From: the human T2T-CHM13v2.0 reference genome, Homo sapiens
Direction: 5' to 3' (one strand)
Assembly (NCBI RefSeq): GCF_009914755.1
Contig: NC_060940.1
Length of the DNA stretch: 64,000 nucleotides
The translations under genes and the position numbers were made by a program. Below, one piece after another: positions 58,801 through 64,000 of the stretch (positions within the stretch are counted from its first letter, which is position 1; the number at the start of each line of letters is the position of its first letter). Under the pieces are notes generated by a model. The model did no database searches. It saw only the letters and a list, made by a program, of their open reading frames with translations, and had not been told where the DNA came from.

Positions 58801-61696
58801 TCCATTCCATTCAATGATTCCATTCGATTCCGTTTGATGATGATTTCATTCGAGTCCATTTGATGATTCCATTTGATTCCATTCGATGATGATTACATTC
58901 GAGTCCATACGATGATTCCACTCAATTCCATATGATGATGATTCCATTCGATTCCATTCGATGATTCCATTCTATTCTATTCAATGGTTATTCCATTCGA
59001 GTACATTAGATGATTCCATTCGATTCCATTCAATGATGATTCTATTTGTGTCCCTTAGATGGTTCCACATGATTCCATTTCATGATGATACTATTTGAGC
59101 CCATCCAATGATTCCCTTCGATTCCATTCGATGAGGATTCCATTCGATTCAATTCATTGGTGATTCTATTCAATTCAATTCTTTGATTCCATTCCATTCC
59201 ATTCGACAATGATTCCATTCGATTTCTTTCGATGATTCCACTCGATTCCACTTGACATTGATTCCATTCGATTCCATTCAATGATTCCATTTGATTCCAG
59301 TGGATGATGATTGCCATCGATTCCATTCGATCACTCCATTCTATTCCATTTGATGATGATTACATTCGATTCCATTTGATGATTCCATCTGATTCTATTC
59401 GAGGATTCAATTTGATTCCATTCGATGATGATTCCATTCGAGTGCATTCGATGATTTCATTCGAGTACATCCAATGATTCCATTCGAGTCCATTTGATGA
59501 TTCCATTTGATTCCATTTGATTATGATTCTACTAGAGTCCATTCAATGACTCCATTCGAATCCATTCAACAATTCCATTCGAGGCCATTCGATGATTCCA
59601 TTTCATGATTCCATTCGAGTCCATTTAATCATTACAGTCGAGTCCATTTGGTGATTCCACTGGATTTCTTTTGATAATGATACCATTCAATTACATTTGA
59701 TGATGATCCCATTCAATTTCATTTGATGGTGATTCCATTAGAGTCCATTCGATGATTTCATTCGAGTCCCTTCATTGATTCCATCCGATTTCATTTGATG
59801 ATGACTCCATTCGAGTCCATTCGATGATTCCACTCGATTCCATTAGATGATTCCATTGGAGTCCATTTGATTGTTCCATTCGATTCTATTCGATTCCTTT
59901 CGAAGATTATTCCGTTTGAGTCCATTCGATGATGATTCCATTCCATTCCATTCGATGATTCCGTTTGATTCCATTCGATGATTCCCTTCGATTCCTTTCT
60001 TTGATGATTCCATTCCATTCCATTCAATGATTCCATTCGAATCTATTCCATGATGATTCCTTTCGATTCCATTCGCTGATGTTTCCGTTCAATTCCATTC
60101 GATGATGATTCCATTCGATTCCATTCATTGAGGATTCCATTTGATTCCATTCAATGATGATTCCATTCTATTCCATTCAATGATTGCATTCAATTCCATT
60201 CAATGATTATCCCCTTAGAGTAAACTCAACGATTCCATTCAATACCATTCGATGATGATTCCTTTTGAGTCCATTCAATGATTTCATTCAAGTCCATTTG
60301 ATGATTCCTTTCAATTCCATTCTATGATGATTCCATTCGAGTCCATTCGATGATTCCATTCGATTGCATTCGATGATTCCATTATATTCCATTCAACGAT
60401 GATTCCATTCGAGTCCATTCGATGATTCCATTAGAGTACATTTAATGATTGCTTTGTTTTCAATTCGAAGATGATTACATTGGATTCCATTCTATGATAC
60501 CATTCGATTCCATTCAATGATGATTCCACTCAAATCCATTGGATGATTCCATTCGTGTCCATTCGGTGATTTCATTAGATTCCATTCGAGGATGATTCCA
60601 TTCGATTCCATTCGATGATTCCATTCAATTCCATTCGATGATGATTCCATTCCAGTCCATATGATCATTCCATTTGATTTCATTCGATGATGATTCCATT
60701 CGATTCCATTCGATGATTCCATTCTATTCCATTCGATGATGATTCCATTCGAGTCCATTCGATAATTCCATTCGAGTCCATTTAATGATTCCATTGGGTT
60801 CAATTCAATGATGATTACATTGGATTCCGTTCTATGATTCCATTCAATTCCGTTCATTGACAATTTGATTCCATTCGATGATGATTCCATTTGAGTTCAT
60901 TCGATGATTCTATTCGATTCTCTTCGATGGTGATTCAATTCTATTATATTGGATGATTCCATTCGATTCCATTTGATGTTGATTCAATTCGATTCTATTC
61001 GATGATGATTCCATTGGATTTCACTTGATGATTCTATTCGATTCCATTCAATGATGATTCACTTCTCGTCCATTGGATGATTCCATTTCATTCCATTCGA
61101 TGATGATTCCATTCGATTCCATTCGATGATTCCATTTGATTCCATGCGTCGGTGAGCAATTCGATTCAATTCCATGTTGATTCTATTTGATTCAATTAGA
61201 TGATGTTTCCATTCGAATCCATTCCATGATTATTCCATTGGAATCCATTCGGCGATGATTCCATATGAGTCAATTCAATGATGATTCCATATGGGTCCGT
61301 TCGATGATAATTCCATTTGATTTCATTCGGTGCTTCTATTCAATTCCAGTCGATGATGATTCCGTTGGAGTCCATACGATGATTCCATTTGATTTCATTT
61401 GATGATGATTCCATTCGATGATGATTACATTGGATTCCATTCTATGATTCCATTCAATTCCATTCGTTGATGATTCGATTCCATTCAATGATGATTCCAT
61501 TTGAGTTCATTCGATGATTCTATTTGATTCCGTTCGATGGTGATTCAATTCTCTTATATTGGATGAATCCACTCGATTCCATTTGATGATTATTCCATTG
61601 GAGTCCACTTAGTGAATCCTTCAGATTCTACTCGAAGATGATTCCATTCAAGTCCATTCGATGATACCATTCAATTCCATTCGTTGATGCTTCCAT
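55859..61696 (+). repeat. 5,838-bp diverged unit with several small deletions
   Basis: Landmark 55859 to 61697. It shares the 72-, 23- and 170-bp deletions with 2253-5326. Confidence 0.85.
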
Positions 61697-63230
61697 TCAA
61701 GTGCATTCGATGATATCATTCGATTCCATTTGATGATAATTCCATTTGATTCCATGCGATGATTCTATTCGATTCCATTCAATGATAATTCCATTCAATT
61801 AAGTGATTCCTCTGGACTCCATTTGATGATGATTCCATTCAATGATTCCATTCGATTCTATTCGAAAATGATTCCATTTGAATCCATTTGATGATGATTC
61901 CATTCGATTCCATTTGACGATGATTTGATTCGTGTCCATTCGATGATTCCATTTGATTCCACTTGATGAGGATTCCATTCGAGTCTATTTGATGATTCCA
62001 TTCAATTCCATTCTCCGATGATTTCTTTTGAGCCCATTCAATGCTTCCACTCGATTACATATGATGATGACTCCATTCGATGAAACTCGATGATGATTCC
62101 ATTCGCTTGCATTCGATGATGATTCTACTTGAGTCCGTTAGAAGATTCTATTCAATTACATTCCATGACGATTCCGTTCGAGTCCATTTGATGATTCCAT
62201 TACACTCCATTCGACAATGATTCCATTCAATGTTATGCGATGATTCCATTCGATCTCATTCGATGATGATTCCATTCAACTCCATTCGATGTTTCCATTC
62301 GAGTTCATTCTATTATTCCATTAGATTCCATTCGATGATGATTCCATTCGATTCCATTTGATGATTGCATTCTATTTCATTTGATTATGATTCCATTCGA
62401 GTCCATTCGATGATTCCATTCGAGTCCATTTAATGAATCCATTGGTTTCAATTCTATGATGATTATATTGGATTCCATTCGTTGATGATTTCATTCGATT
62501 CCATTCAATGATGATTCCATTCAATTCCATTCAATGATTCCATTCAATTCCATGCGATGATGATTCCATTTGATTTGATTCGACAGTGAGCCATTCAATT
62601 CAATTCCATGATGATTCTATTTGATTCAATTGGTTGACATTTCCATTCGATTCCATTCGATGATGATTCCATTTGATTCCATTCAAAGATGATTCCATTC
62701 TAGCCCATTCAATCATTCCATTCGATTCTATTCAATGATGATTCCATTCATGTCGATTTGGTGATTCCATTTGACTTCATTTGATGATGATTCCTTTCAA
62801 GTTCATTAGATGATTCCATTCGATTCCATTTGATGATGATCCCATTCGAGTCCATTCAGTGATTCCACTCGTTTCCATTCCATGATGATTCCATTCCATT
62901 CCATTCAATGATTCCATTCGATTCCGTTTGATGATGATTTCATTCGAGTCCATTTGATGATTCCATTTGATTCCATTCGATGATGATTCCATTCGAGTCC
63001 ATTGGATGATTCTATTCGAATCCATTTGATGATTTCTTTTGATTATAGTTGGTGATGATTCCATTGGAGTCCATTCAATGATTCCATTCTATTCCAAACG
63101 ATGGTGGTTCCATTAGAGCCCATTTAATGATTCCATTTGATTCCAGTCTCTGATGTTTACATTCGAGTCCATACGATGATTCCACTCAATTCCATTTGAT
63201 GATGATTCCATTCGGTTCCATTCAATGATT
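61697..63230 (+). repeat. Truncated unit with a 1,838-bp deletion near 61900-61920
   Basis: The offset to core copy A changes from 38,541 (61697/23156) to 36,703 (62777/26074). Confidence 0.85.
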
Positions 63231-64000
63231 CCATTCGAGTCCATTTATGTATTATATTCGTGTCCACTTGATGACTCACTCCATTCAATTCCATTTAATG
63301 ATGATTCCATTTGATTCCATTTGATGATTCAGTTCGATTCCTTACAATGATTCCCTACGATTCCTTTCTATGATGATTCCATTCGATTCCATTCATTGAT
63401 GATTCCATTCGACTCCATTCAATGATGATTCCTTTCGATTCCATTTGACGATGTTTCCATTTGAGTCCATTCGATGATGATTCCATTGGTATCCATTCGA
63501 CGATGATTCCATATGAGTCAATTCGATGATGATTCCATACGAGTCCGTTGGATGATAATTCCATTTGATTTCATTCAATCCTTCTATTCGATTCCATTTG
63601 ATGATGATTCCATCTGAATCCATTCACCGATTCCATTCGATTTCATTCGATGCTTCTATTTGATTTCATTCGAAGATGATTCCTTTCAATTCCATTCATT
63701 AATTCCATTTGATTCCATTCGATGATGATTCCATCCGATTCCATTGGATGATGATTCCACTCGAGTCCATTCGATGATTCCGTTCTAATCCATTCTATGA
63801 TTCCATTCGAGTCCATTCGATGATTCCATTCGATTCCATTCAGTGATGATTCCATTTGATTCCATCTGATGATGATTTCATTTGATTCCATTCGATGATG
63901 ATTCCATTGGAGTCCATTGAATGATTCAATTCAATTCCATTCCATGTGGATTCCATTCGAATTCATTCGATTATTCCATTCAAATCCCTTCGTTGATTCC
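63231..64000 (+). repeat. Divergent HSat2 related to the alternative module and not collinear with the 6,112-bp unit
   Basis: It begins with ccatttatgtattatattcgtgtccacttg and tccttacaatgattccctacgattcctttc. ORFs 63355/63393/63643 have no close copy elsewhere in the window. Confidence 0.8.

Larger units (their letters stand above)
1..64000 (+). repeat. Human satellite II (HSat2/HSATII) pericentromeric array, probably subfamily HSat2B (6.1-kb unit, chr16q11.2-like)
   Basis: Continuous diverged ATTCCATTCG/GAGTCCATTC/ATGATG motifs from the first to the last base. CATTCGATTC with frequent TCGA and ATG spacers distinguishes HSat2 from (CATTC)n HSat3. The 6,112-bp periodicity is read from landmarks. 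Subfamily and chromosome are recalled knowledge and less certain than the family call. Confidence 0.97.

Noticed and set aside
414-63891. Numerous 60-161 aa minus-strand ORFs (MESSNGIEWNH-like)
   Set aside because: They are translations of the GAATGGAATC/CATCAT repeat, which is rich in ATG and poor in stops on that strand. They overlap in several frames, are low complexity and appear or vanish with single substitutions. I used them only as position markers.
1-64000. CRISPR-like repeat/spacer array
   Set aside because: There are no unique spacers between constant repeats and no cas genes. All sequence is degenerate satellite monomer.
1-64000. HSat3, alpha satellite or telomeric repeat
   Set aside because: There are no long (CATTC)n runs, no 171-bp monomers or CENP-B boxes and no TTAGGG arrays.

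Overview
The whole 64 kb window is one uninterrupted, single-orientation array of classical human satellite II (HSat2). It is built from diverged ATTCCATTCG-ATTCCATTCG-(ATG)1-2 monomers (23/26 bp), with CATTC always on the + strand. I see no genes, transposons or inversions, and all listed ORFs are by-products of the repeat. The interest lies in the higher-order architecture, which I mapped with recurring landmarks (gcttccattcaagtgcattc; TCA at 2253, 9098, 14640, 23156, 29268, 35380, 41489, 47599, 51729, 55859, 61697). The canonical unit is 6,112 bp, which from memory matches the HSat2B repeat of the chr16 pericentromere (not verified here). Around a homogeneous core lie 5,542-bp deletion units, an exact 2,404-bp tandem duplication and chimeric 4,130-bp units carrying a different 1,831-bp HSat2 module. 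A block of about 5.3 kb recurs at about 53.6 kb offset, variant layers are nested around the core, and the last ~770 bp switch to a more divergent HSat2. I found no evidence of a new coding system.
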